A stretch of DNA of 46,316 nucleotides from SAR324 cluster bacterium (lineage in GTDB: Bacteria; SAR324; JACQKK01): positions 1 to 46,316 of the forward strand of contig JACZSY010000002.1 of the NCBI GenBank assembly GCA_022573975.1, read 5' to 3'. How positions within the stretch are numbered: the stretch's first letter is position 1; each line of letters starts with the position of its first letter. This document shows, piece after piece, positions 1 through 8,358 of this stretch. The position numbers were made by a program, and so were the translations under genes. The notes beneath the pieces were generated by a model, which did no database searches, had not been told where the DNA came from, and worked only from the letters and a program-made list of their open reading frames with translations.

Positions 1-110
1 ATTTTTTTGGAAAAAATGGATTAAAACTTTCAATAAGATATTGGAATGATAGGTTTAAATACTTGTTTTTCCTATGAGAAAGTTTGTTGAAACTTTTCAA
101 AGTTTCCCCC
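1..110. other. AT-rich window edge carrying three interlocking 7-nt palindrome arms (AAAGTTT 79-85, AAACTTT 90-96, AAAGTTT 99-105)
   Basis: The first ~100 nt are strongly AT-rich while the rest of the window is GC-rich. The arms can be read directly in the sequence. Function unknown; a promoter/operator region is possible. Confidence 0.3.
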
Positions 111-230
111 CGGAGGGCCGCCGGAGGCGCCCCTCTCCCGCTTTTATCGAGTTGATCACAGGCCTTCCAAATGAGGACAACAAGGTATATCGGCGTTGAT
201 CGGCGGTTCCTTTTTCGCAGGTGCCTGTGA

Positions 231-332
231 TCAGACGCCGCGCACCGGATCGAACAGCGCATCCAGCGCCTTCGTGGCGAACACGGCGGACAGCTCGGGA
301 ATTTCGGCCAGCGGTCTGTCCGCGGATTCCAT
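231..332 (-). CDS. possible 33-aa small ORF (MESADRPLAEIPELSAVFATKALDALFDPVRGV), in the same frame as pcaG and just downstream of its TGA
   Basis: About 84% of third codon positions are G/C in this frame, against ~55% in the overlapping 92-aa track ORF. No convincing RBS and no recognisable family. Confidence 0.25.
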   Translation of the reverse strand: MESADRPLAEIPELSAVFATKALDALFDPVRGV

Positions 333-371
333 GGGGATGGTGAGGAGGGGGATCGCCGCGGAAGATTGTGC

Positions 372-938
372 TCAAACCTCGAAGAACACCGTTTCCTGCT
401 CGCCCTTGAGCACGATGTTCCAGGTATACGCGCCCGGCCGGCCGTCCACCGGCTGGGCCAGCAGGGTATTCCTGCGGCCGGGGCCGTCGATCAGGTTCAG
501 GACCGGATCGCCGCCGGTGGCCGGATCGTCCGCGAAATAGATGCGCGTCGCCATCCGCCGCAACACCCCCCGGGCGAAGAGGGAGATGTTGATGTGCGGG
601 GCCTGTTGGCCCGGTTCCAGCCAGTCCACCGGGCCGGGCTTGATGGTCTTGATCTCGAACCCGCCGTCGCCATTGACGAACACCCGCCCGAAGCCGGTGA
701 AGCCCGGCGTGGTCTGGCGGTCCTGCTGGTCCTCGGGATGGTCGTACTTGCCACGGCTGTTGGCCTGCCAGATTTCGATCATCGCGTCGTTGACCCTGGC
801 GCCGGTTCCATCCAGCACCGCGCCGGTGATGGTGATCTTTTCACCGGGGATATCTTCCGAGGAAAGCACGGCAATCGGTTTGAGGCCAAAATGGAAGAAG
901 GGGCCCACCGTCTGCGATGAAGTGAGGATTTTTTTCAT
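372..938 (-). CDS. pcaG: protocatechuate 3,4-dioxygenase alpha subunit
   Basis: 189 aa from the ATG at 938 (MKKILTSS). Full-length resemblance to PcaG: TVGPFFHFGL, EIWQANSRGKY, APHINISLFARG, C-terminal ETVFFEV. Starts 1 nt after the pcaH stop. Confidence 0.93.
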   Translation of the reverse strand: MKKILTSSQTVGPFFHFGLKPIAVLSSEDIPGEKITITGAVLDGTGARVNDAMIEIWQANSRGKYDHPEDQQDRQTTPGFTGFGRVFVNGDGGFEIKTIKPGPVDWLEPGQQAPHINISLFARGVLRRMATRIYFADDPATGGDPVLNLIDGPGRRNTLLAQPVDGRPGAYTWNIVLKGEQETVFFEV

Positions 939-939
939 C

Positions 940-1644
940 TCAGCCAACCATCGGCGTCTGATCACGGCCCCGCAGCACGATATCGAACCGGTAGGCCAGC
1001 GCGTGACCGGGCACGGTGTTTTCCAGGTCGAACGCGCAGACCAGCCCTTCGCGCGCCTTTGCATCGGGGACGCTGAGATAGATGGGGTCCAACTCCAGCA
1101 GCGGATCGCCGGGAAAATACATCTGGGTGATCAAGCGGGTGACGAAGGCGTTGCCGAAGAGTGAAAAATGGATGTGTTTGGGCCGCCAGGCGTTGTGATG
1201 ATTGCCCCAGGGATACGCACCGGGCTCGATGGTGATGAAGCGGTAGTTGCCCTCGCCGTCCGTGACGCAACGTCCCGCCCCGGTGAAATTGGGGTCCAGG
1301 GGCGCGTCGTGCTGATCGATCTCATGGATATAACGCCCGGCGGCGTTGCACTGCCAAATTTCGATCAGCGCGTCGGGCACCGGCCGGCCGTTCTCGTCGG
1401 TCACTTTTCCAGCGACGATGATGCGCTGGCCGATAGGCTCCCCGTCGTGCTGCCGGGTCAGGTCGTGGTCGTTGGGCCCGATGGAATCCTGGCCATAGAG
1501 CGGCCCCGTGATCTCCGACAGGCTGTGGGGCAGCAGCACCAGCGGTTTGCCCGGCGAGCGCTCGGCGGTGGACCCATACCCCGGATGATTGAGCGGCGGC
1601 TGGGTTTCGCTGGCTTCGCGATTGTAGGCGGTGGGTTTCGTCAT
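940..1644 (-). CDS. pcaH: protocatechuate 3,4-dioxygenase beta subunit
   Basis: 235 aa from the ATG at 1644 (MTKPTAYN). Motifs IGQRIIVAGKV, EIWQCNAAGRY, LDPNFTGAGRC, WRPKHIHFSLFG and AYRFDIVLRG match PcaH. Confidence 0.93.
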   Translation of the reverse strand: MTKPTAYNREASETQPPLNHPGYGSTAERSPGKPLVLLPHSLSEITGPLYGQDSIGPNDHDLTRQHDGEPIGQRIIVAGKVTDENGRPVPDALIEIWQCNAAGRYIHEIDQHDAPLDPNFTGAGRCVTDGEGNYRFITIEPGAYPWGNHHNAWRPKHIHFSLFGNAFVTRLITQMYFPGDPLLELDPIYLSVPDAKAREGLVCAFDLENTVPGHALAYRFDIVLRGRDQTPMVG

Positions 1645-1821
1645 TTCCTGTGCTCCAAAATGTATAATAATGCCGCCCCCCAACCTCGGCCGCTCATGGG
1701 TCGGGGCCCTGCCTCCGCTGCTCCCTGGAAACGCCAGCATCGTATCATTTAAGCCCTTGGCCACCAAATGGAATTCCCCCCCAGGAAAGAATAATCGGAG
1801 CGCCAGGGGATCGTTCCCGCG

Positions 1822-2469
1822 CTAGTTTTTTTCGTCGCTGAACCCGGCCTCCCAATGGCTGCCGTCGCAGAAGGGCTTGTTGGCCGAGGCGCCGCAACGG
1901 CACAGCGCGAACCGGCGGCGATCCGCGTCCTTGCTCCACTGGCCGCCTTCCAGGGAAACTTCTCCGGTCACGAAATAGGGGCCGTTTTTGCTGACCGTGA
2001 TGCCGGGCTCGGGCGCTTCATCGTCCTGTGGCAGGCTTTGGAAGGTATAGGAAAGCGCGCCGGAAGGGCATTGACGCACCAATTCGGCGATGGCCCCGGC
2101 CGTGTCCCCGTCCGGATCGATCCACGGTTCTTCCCCCAGCTTGAAGACCGACTTCAAGCGATCTGTGCAAATTGCCGCATGGGAGCAGAGGAACCGGTTG
2201 TCGTGAATCGAAATTTCTTTTCCCGCATAGGTGTCCCAAACGTCCTTCGATCGCTCCGCGCTGTTCTGGTCCGAAAAACCGATCTTGCGGTGGCTGCCGT
2301 CGCAGAAGGGCTTGTTGGCCGAGGCGCCACAGCGGCAGAGCGTGAAGGACTCCTTGCTTTCCAGGGGGTCTCCCCTGGAATTGGTCAGCCGTTTCAACTG
2401 CTTGACCACCAGCGGGCCATTGGGCAAGAGGCGGATGGAGGGAAGGATTGGGGTGGAATCGTTGGACAT
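1822..2469 (-). CDS. iron-sulfur protein with two CDGSH domains flanking a Cys-containing central domain
   Basis: CRCGASANKPFCDGSH occurs twice, near the N- and C-termini. The central part (FLCSHAAICTD...VRQCPSGAL) resembles a divergent 4Fe-4S mono-cluster domain. Start taken at MSNDST. Confidence 0.85.
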   Translation of the reverse strand: MSNDSTPILPSIRLLPNGPLVVKQLKRLTNSRGDPLESKESFTLCRCGASANKPFCDGSHRKIGFSDQNSAERSKDVWDTYAGKEISIHDNRFLCSHAAICTDRLKSVFKLGEEPWIDPDGDTAGAIAELVRQCPSGALSYTFQSLPQDDEAPEPGITVSKNGPYFVTGEVSLEGGQWSKDADRRRFALCRCGASANKPFCDGSHWEAGFSDEKN

Positions 2470-2532
2470 CGGTTCTCCTCGGGATGACGGTTTATGCACA
2501 GCATTTCATCTGGAAAGCGTCCCCTTTTCCGG

Positions 2533-5190
2533 TTATTCGATCACCCCCCGTTCCCGCAAACTGGAGATTGCCGCGGCATCCAGGCCCAGCAGGCGTTGCA
2601 GCACGGCCTCCGTGTCCACACCGAGGCAGGGGGCGGCCTTGAGGGTGTTTTTTTCGGAACTGCGTTCTGTACTGCCTTCGGCACCATGTTCGGCACCGTG
2701 TCCGGCGCTGTTCTGCGCGCCGTTTCCCGGCCGGAGCATTTTCCAGGGCATCCCCATCAGGGGACGGGGGCCCACTTCCGCGTGCGGGGCATGGGTGAAG
2801 GCCTCCCTGGCCAACAGGTGGGGGTCCTCGGCCAGGTCCTTGGAGCTGAGCGAGGGCATGGCGGGAACGCCCACCGCCTGAAGGCGGCGAACCGCCTCCC
2901 ATCGTTCCAGGCCCGCGCACCAGTCGCCGACGATGCGGTCCAAGGCGTCCTCGTTGGCCTTGCGGGAGGGGGCATCGGAGAAGCGGGGGTCTGCGGCCAG
3001 CGCGGGCCGGCCGATGGCCCCGCAAAGGGCTTGCCATTGCGCTCCGGTTTCCGCCGCCAGGGCCACCCAGGCATCTTCTCCGGCGCAGGCGTATACGTTG
3101 TGCGGGGCCAAGTGGGGATGGCGGTTGCCCATGGGTTGAAAGGGGGCGTTTCCCATCGCATGATTGATCCACCCCTCGAAGGCGGTGCAGAGCATGGCTT
3201 CCCACATGGAAATGTCGATCACCTGGCCTTTGAGGCCGCCGCTTTTCGACGCGCCGCCTTTGAGACCATCCTTTCCGTTTGTGTCTCCCCCGGTTTTACC
3301 GGCCAACAGGGCCGCCGCGATGGCCACGGCGGCGTAGACGGCGGCGTTGGGGTCGCCATAGGCGATGCCCACGTCCCGGGGCTCCCCGTCCCCATAGCCC
3401 GTCTGGGCCGACAAGCCGGCCAGCGGCGAGATCAACGGGCCGTACCCCAGATAGGCCCGGGCAGGGCCGGTCTGGCCGCAGGCGGATATCATCACCACCG
3501 TCAGCTCCGGGTTTTCCGCCTGCAGGGCCTCGGGGGAAAGCCCCAGTTTTTCCAGCACGCCATGGCCGAAGTTGCTGATCACCACGTCGCTCCTGGCGGC
3601 CAGGGCCAGGGCCGTCTCCTTTCCTTCCGGGTGGGAGAGGTTCAGGGCGATGCTCTCCTTGCCCTGGTTGATCTGGTTGAAAAACCCGTTTCGGTTCAGC
3701 GTGGGTTCCATGCCCGAGGCGAAGGTGTGGGTGCGCCGGGTCAGGTCCACCCGCCGGGAGTTTTCCACCTTGATCACCTCGGCCCCCAACGCCGCCAGCA
3801 TCCAGGTGCATTGCGGCCCCGCCCAGACCCAGGAGAGGTCCAGCACCCGGATTCCGCTCAGCGGCCCGGCGGGGCGGCCATTGGAAGGCGCTCCCACCGG
3901 CTGTATCGAATGCACCGGCTCCCCAACCGTGGGGCGGGAGGCTCTCTCCCGGGGCGCGAAGAGGGTTTCCCCTTCCCCGTTGGCTTCCCCCAACCGCGGC
4001 GCGCTTCGGCTGGAATCCCACATGGGGTATTTGAGGTGAAACGGCGCGCCGGGAACCTTGAGGGCGTTCAGGGCGGAGCCCGTTTCCCGCGAACCCGGAT
4101 GCTCCTGGTTCACGAAAAATTCGCGGGCCTGCAAATGCTCCGAGCGCTCCAGTCCCGGGTAGTCGTACACCGGCGCCGCGCCCACCCGCACCTTCTGGCA
4201 GGCATGGAACAAGGCCTCGGCCTCCCACTGGGCCGTCCATTCGCTCAACCGCGCCTTGATTTCCGGGGAATTGCGCTCCCGCCCCTCCCGGCCCGCCATG
4301 CGGGGCTCCCTGCTCCAGGCCGGGTTGCCCATCAACTCCAGCAGCCGCGCATACTGATCCTCCTCGGGGCAAATCAGGAAGATATGGCCGTCCCGGCAGG
4401 GGAAGAAGGACATGGGCTCGTAGGGCGGGGGCGTGAGGCGCGAATCGATCCGCCCGGCATAGGGGTAACAGGCGAAATGGCGGCCCAGCAAAAAAGCCAC
4501 CACCTGTTGCGTGGACAGGTCGATATGTTCGCCCTTTGCCCCCGCCCCATGGAGGGAAGCCAGGGCCACGGCGGCGCCGTGCAGGCCAGCCTGGATCAGG
4601 GCGTGGCTGCCGAACGGCTTGATGGGCGGGAGTTCCCGGGGCGCGGATTTTCCCGGACAGAGAAAGCCCCAACCGCCGCCGTGGGTCAGGGTCAGGTCGT
4701 TGGCCGCGAAATCCCGGTAAGGGCCGCTCAGCCCGAAGGGCGTGATGGAGAGCATCACCAACGCGGGATTGCCGGAGGTCAGGGTCTCATGATCCGCGCC
4801 CAGGGCGGTCCGTTGGGATGGCGGCAGTCCGTTGATGACCAGGTCCGCCCGCCCGGCCAGTTCCCTCAACCGCTGCCGGCCGCCGGGGCCGGTCAACTCC
4901 AGGGTGAGGCTGCGCTTGCCGGCATTGAGATAGAGGAAGGTGCCACCGTCTCCGGACGGCGGCGGCTCCTCCGTGGACGGCGGCGGCTCCTCCATGGGAG
5001 GCTCAGGCCCGTCCCCGGCGTCCTCCCGCCCGGCGGGGAAGGGGCCCATCCGCCGCGCCGGGTCGCCCTCGGGCGGCTCGATCTTGACCACCTGGGCGCC
5101 CAGGGCGGAGAAAATCTTCCCGGCCATGGGGGCGGCGATGCCTCCACCCAGTTCGATGACCCGTATGTTGGACAAATCGCGCGTTGACAC
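2533..5190 (-). CDS. fused tandem family III (CaiB/BaiF) CoA-transferase, two complete modules in one ~885-aa polypeptide
   Basis: Two N-terminal Rossmann signatures: IRVIELGGGIAAPMAGKIFSALGAQVVKIE and IRVLDLSWVWAGPQCTWMLAALGAEVIKVE. The second module has GIAYGDPNAAV around the catalytic Asp. GTG start at 5190 is preceded by GAGGAG; alternative ATG starts at 5292 and 5442. Confidence 0.88.
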   Translation of the reverse strand: MSTRDLSNIRVIELGGGIAAPMAGKIFSALGAQVVKIEPPEGDPARRMGPFPAGREDAGDGPEPPMEEPPPSTEEPPPSGDGGTFLYLNAGKRSLTLELTGPGGRQRLRELAGRADLVINGLPPSQRTALGADHETLTSGNPALVMLSITPFGLSGPYRDFAANDLTLTHGGGWGFLCPGKSAPRELPPIKPFGSHALIQAGLHGAAVALASLHGAGAKGEHIDLSTQQVVAFLLGRHFACYPYAGRIDSRLTPPPYEPMSFFPCRDGHIFLICPEEDQYARLLELMGNPAWSREPRMAGREGRERNSPEIKARLSEWTAQWEAEALFHACQKVRVGAAPVYDYPGLERSEHLQAREFFVNQEHPGSRETGSALNALKVPGAPFHLKYPMWDSSRSAPRLGEANGEGETLFAPRERASRPTVGEPVHSIQPVGAPSNGRPAGPLSGIRVLDLSWVWAGPQCTWMLAALGAEVIKVENSRRVDLTRRTHTFASGMEPTLNRNGFFNQINQGKESIALNLSHPEGKETALALAARSDVVISNFGHGVLEKLGLSPEALQAENPELTVVMISACGQTGPARAYLGYGPLISPLAGLSAQTGYGDGEPRDVGIAYGDPNAAVYAAVAIAAALLAGKTGGDTNGKDGLKGGASKSGGLKGQVIDISMWEAMLCTAFEGWINHAMGNAPFQPMGNRHPHLAPHNVYACAGEDAWVALAAETGAQWQALCGAIGRPALAADPRFSDAPSRKANEDALDRIVGDWCAGLERWEAVRRLQAVGVPAMPSLSSKDLAEDPHLLAREAFTHAPHAEVGPRPLMGMPWKMLRPGNGAQNSAGHGAEHGAEGSTERSSEKNTLKAAPCLGVDTEAVLQRLLGLDAAAISSLRERGVIE
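2679..2714. repeat. degenerate 12-nt tandem repeat (cggcaccatgtt / cggcaccgtgtc / cggcgctgttct) inside the CoA-transferase C-terminus (HGAEHGAE)
   Basis: Read directly in the sequence; in frame. Confidence 0.7.
4954..4995. repeat. 2 x 21-nt in-frame tandem repeat (ggacggcggcggctcctccgt), encoding EEPPPS-TEEPPPS in an acidic/proline insert of CoA-transferase module 1
   Basis: 20/21 nt identical between copies. Confidence 0.85.
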
Positions 5191-5559
5191 GCCTGCTCTC
5201 CTCAAAGCTGCTTTCCGCCGGCCATTCCCGCGCCTGGAAAGGGCATTTGCCGGTTCCCGCAGCCGCTTTCCTTCCGGCGGGGAAGCGGCCATGGACGTTG
5301 CGAACCTTTTATAATGCCGATTTATTTCTCCGCGAACAACCGGCCCCGCCAACTCAATATTGATTCCTATTGCATCCCGCCGGGTTGAGCGCAACGAGGG
5401 ACTTTCTTTCAAATCGACCAAAATAGAATGTCCCCGCCGCAAGCGATGGGGAATGAACCGGTATGAAACGATTCAAAGCAGGTGTATTGGCAGCGTTGAC
5501 CCCGATTGGTATACCGGGGAAGGTTTGCTGGCTCTTTCTTACCCCAATCCTGGAGCTCG

Positions 5560-7158
5560 ATGGCTTTCCCCCTCCGGCGTTTCGCCTTCATTTTTTCCAT
5601 AATGCTGCTGCTGGCTCTTGGCCCAGGGCCGCCCAGCGCTTTTCCTCAAGGGGCCGAAAGCGCGGAAAGCTGGTTCAAGCGCGGATTCGCCCAGCAGCGA
5701 AAACTCCAGACCCTCGAAGCGCTGGCGTCCTATCGCAAGGCGCTGGCCATCGATCCCGCCTACGGGCAGGCCCATTATGAAATCGGATGGAGCTACTGGT
5801 CCCTGGGCCGGTGGAGCGACGTGGTGCGGCATTTTGAACTGGCGCGAAAATACAAGGCCGCGGCTCCCGATCTGCCCAGGTATCTGACCGCCGCCCGGGA
5901 AAGGGTAAAGGAGGGAGGCCGAAAAGCCGTGCGCGTTCCCATCGGGATCAAGGCTTCCGGCGGAGGCCAGGGCCTGGTGTTGGTGGCCCGCTTCCAAAAC
6001 TACAACGGAAAGCCGAAACATCCCGCCGACCGCTGGGAACGATTCGTCCACTCCCCCAAATCGGTGCAGATTTCCCCCGATGGGGCCCGGGTGTTCGTGC
6101 AGATGCTGGAGGGTGGAAACACGGTCATCTTCGATGGGAAAAAGCTGCTCCGGCTCAAGGTTGTCTCTCATCGCTTCGGCGGGAAACAGGCCGGCCTTTT
6201 CAACCGGGCCGAAACCAGGGCCTACGCCCGGCGGTTCAAGGCCGCCGGCGGGCCAAGGGCCTTCAACCGGTATCTGGGCAAACCGGTCGAAGGGGCGTTC
6301 AGCCACGGGGGCCGCTTCCTTTGGGTCACCCATTACCGCCGCAGCTTCGACCGCAATGGGGTGATGCCCTCCTCGGTGGCCATCATCGACACCAAAACCG
6401 AAGCCATCGTGCGGGTGATGCACACGGGGCCGATCCCCAAGTTCCTGGCAGCCTCGCCCGATGGCCGGCTGATGGCGGTGGTGCATTGGGGCGGCAACAC
6501 GGTGGGGCTGATCGATGTGTCCTCCCCACGGCCCGAAGGATTCCGGCACGCCGGTGAAATCGTGGTGGGACGGCGCCCGCGCCTCGATTACGACGAGCAA
6601 GTCAACCGGGATCACGTTTGCGGGTTCTGTCTGCGCGGCGCGGTGTTTACCCGGGACAGCCGGCATCTGCTGGTGGCGCGCATGGGCGGCGGGGGCATCG
6701 CCGTGCTGGATGTAAAAGCCAAACGCCATCTGGGCACCGTGTTCGGGATGAAACCCACCCCCAGGCACCTGATCTTGGGCCCGAAGGATGAACGGGTCTA
6801 TCTTTCCTCCAACCGGGCCGGATATGTCTCCGCCTATCGCATCGCGGACCTGCTCTCGGCGGCCAAAAGGAAAAAGAGAAGGCTGCGGCCCTTGCTGGAA
6901 AAACGCGTCGGGCCAAGCATCCGCACCATCGCTATTTCTCCGGACGGGGAAACCCTCTACGCCACCAGTTTCCGGGGCAGCAAGGTCATCGCCTTGCGGG
7001 CGAAATCGCTGGAAAAGCTGTTCGAAATCCCAGCGGATTCCTACCCGGTGGGCATCGCCGTCTCTCCGGACGGAAACCACCTTTGGGTCACCTCCCAGGG
7101 GTACCGCCTCCGGGGGGGCAACTCGGTGATGGTGTACAAGGTGCTAAACAAGGACTGA
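5560..7158 (+). CDS. secreted TPR plus YVTN-type beta-propeller repeat protein
   Basis: Signal-peptide-like N-terminus (MAFPLRRFAFIFSIMLLLALGPGPPSAF). TPR-like AYGQAHYEIGWSYWSLGRW. Recurring SPDG(x)xL/VxV blades. GGAG lies 5 nt upstream of the ATG. Confidence 0.8.
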   Translation: MAFPLRRFAFIFSIMLLLALGPGPPSAFPQGAESAESWFKRGFAQQRKLQTLEALASYRKALAIDPAYGQAHYEIGWSYWSLGRWSDVVRHFELARKYKAAAPDLPRYLTAARERVKEGGRKAVRVPIGIKASGGGQGLVLVARFQNYNGKPKHPADRWERFVHSPKSVQISPDGARVFVQMLEGGNTVIFDGKKLLRLKVVSHRFGGKQAGLFNRAETRAYARRFKAAGGPRAFNRYLGKPVEGAFSHGGRFLWVTHYRRSFDRNGVMPSSVAIIDTKTEAIVRVMHTGPIPKFLAASPDGRLMAVVHWGGNTVGLIDVSSPRPEGFRHAGEIVVGRRPRLDYDEQVNRDHVCGFCLRGAVFTRDSRHLLVARMGGGGIAVLDVKAKRHLGTVFGMKPTPRHLILGPKDERVYLSSNRAGYVSAYRIADLLSAAKRKKRRLRPLLEKRVGPSIRTIAISPDGETLYATSFRGSKVIALRAKSLEKLFEIPADSYPVGIAVSPDGNHLWVTSQGYRLRGGNSVMVYKVLNKD

Positions 7159-7217
7159 GGGGTTGACTGGGGATAGGCACCCTGCTTTTCAGGGCGCATG
7201 GGTGCGATGCCCTGGTT

Positions 7218-7610
7218 TCAATCATATCCGAACAACCAGCGGGTCGTGCCGGTGTGGATGTTCTTCACCGAATGCACCGCATCGCGGGGGATGAACAACT
7301 CGTCGCCCATTTCCAGCCGGATGGTCTTTTTTTCCACTGCGTTGATTTCCACCGTGTCGATTTCCACCGTGCCGATTTCCACCGTGCCGATTTCCACCGT
7401 GTCGATTTCCACCGCGTTGATTTCCACCGTGCAGAGCAACGCCCCTTCCACCACGGTCACCAACTCGTTGGTGGCGTGGACGAAGCCGTTCCATTCGCGG
7501 CCCGGCGGGTCCACGAACAGGCGGCAATCGTACCCGCGTCCGGCCCACTCCCGGCCCACCGCGCCCTGGTCCACCGGCGCGGGAAATTTTCCCTTGACCA
7601 CCAGATCCAT
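7218..7610 (-). CDS. small cupin-domain protein with an internal 30-aa pentapeptide-repeat insertion
   Basis: 130 aa. Cupin-like core: [20 protein letters not shown] ... [16 protein letters not shown] ... WLFGYD. The core is interrupted by [30 protein letters not shown]. Confidence 0.75.
   Translation of the reverse strand: MDLVVKGKFPAPVDQGAVGREWAGRGYDCRLFVDPPGREWNGFVHATNELVTVVEGALLCTVEINAVEIDTVEIGTVEIGTVEIDTVEINAVEKKTIRLEMGDELFIPRDAVHSVKNIHTGTTRWLFGYD
7341..7430. repeat. 6 x 15-nt in-frame tandem repeat (g[t/c][t/c]gatttccaccg[t/c]) with mirror-symmetric variant order gtt-gtc-gcc-gcc-gtc-gtt
   Basis: Units at 7341, 7356, 7371, 7386, 7401 and 7416, read directly in the sequence. Confidence 0.95.
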
Positions 7611-7673
7611 TTGGCCGTTCTCTTTCAGGTTGGGTGTTGCCGGGGTGGGCGCCGCGCGCCGAACCCTCGCGCC

Positions 7674-8357
7674 CTATGGACCGCCGTGCGCCATGGCCAT
7701 CCCCACCAGCGCCGCGAAGGAGTCCACCCGGGGACATGCGGAGCGCACCTTCCCGAATCCATACCCGGCATGAATGAAGGGCATGCCCCCCTGCAAGGCC
7801 GCATCCTGGTCCGACTGCGTGTCGCCAATGTACACGGGGCGCCGCAAACCGTTCCGCTGGCGCACCTGCTTCAGGTTGTCTCCCTTGTCCAGCCCGGTAT
7901 TGCCATGGCACTCGAAGTCGGTGAAAAGCCCGCCCAACCCGGACCAGCCAAGGAAGGATTCGATATATCCCTGCTGACAGTTGCTGACGATGAACAAAGA
8001 ATATGCCGGCGAGAGCCTGGCGAGTCCTTCCTCGACCCCTGGATAGAGGTTTCCCCCCGTGCGATGCAACTGCCGTTCTTCCTCCGCGTAACAGGCCAGT
8101 ATTCTGCGTTCCTGCTCCGCTTGCTCCAATCCGGGGAACATCGCCCGGTAGATTTCCCGGTGCGTCTTTCCCATCATCCCGGCGATTTCCTCGGCGGTGA
8201 TCTCACGGCCCGGGCCGTCCAAAATTCGCAGGGCGCGGCTCCAGGCCCTGGCCACGGTGCCGGTGGAATCCCACAGGGTGCCGTCCAGGTCGAAGATCAA
8301 CCCATCGGGCCGGGCGCTGCCTTTCCACTCGATGGACCCAGGGGCGGCATCGGTCAT
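7674..8357 (-). CDS. HAD-superfamily hydrolase (subfamily IA, phosphatase-like)
   Basis: Motif I is LIFDLDGTLWDS. FIVSNC (motif II region) and YIGDTQSDQDAA (motif IV) are also present. The start lies 1 nt after the upstream gene's stop. Confidence 0.85.
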   Translation of the reverse strand: MTDAAPGSIEWKGSARPDGLIFDLDGTLWDSTGTVARAWSRALRILDGPGREITAEEIAGMMGKTHREIYRAMFPGLEQAEQERRILACYAEEERQLHRTGGNLYPGVEEGLARLSPAYSLFIVSNCQQGYIESFLGWSGLGGLFTDFECHGNTGLDKGDNLKQVRQRNGLRRPVYIGDTQSDQDAALQGGMPFIHAGYGFGKVRSACPRVDSFAALVGMAMAHGGP

Positions 8358-8358
8358 T

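Noticed and set aside
153-233. 10-bp perfect inverted repeats with long loops: TGATCACAGG/CCTGTGATCA at 153-233 and GATATCCCGG/CCGGGATATC at 27000-27061.
   Set aside because: A rough estimate gives several such 10-bp inverted repeats within 100 nt by chance in 46 kb of biased sequence. There is no supporting context.
2494-5187. Very long ORFs antisense to real genes: 2494-5187 plus strand (897 aa), 12170-13912 plus, 35834-37177 plus, 40429-41769 minus, 42547-44112 plus, 5539-7080 minus, 23167-24501 minus.
   Set aside because: Their translations are Arg/Gly/Pro/Ala-rich with no recognisable motifs, while the opposite strand encodes clear family members. Long stop-free antisense frames are expected in GC-rich DNA.
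7341-7430. Whether any of the tandem repeats (7341, 13889, 32543, 33245, 34581) is a CRISPR array.
   Set aside because: The units are 12-18 nt and directly abutting, with no unique spacers. Most are in frame inside genes, and no cas genes are present.
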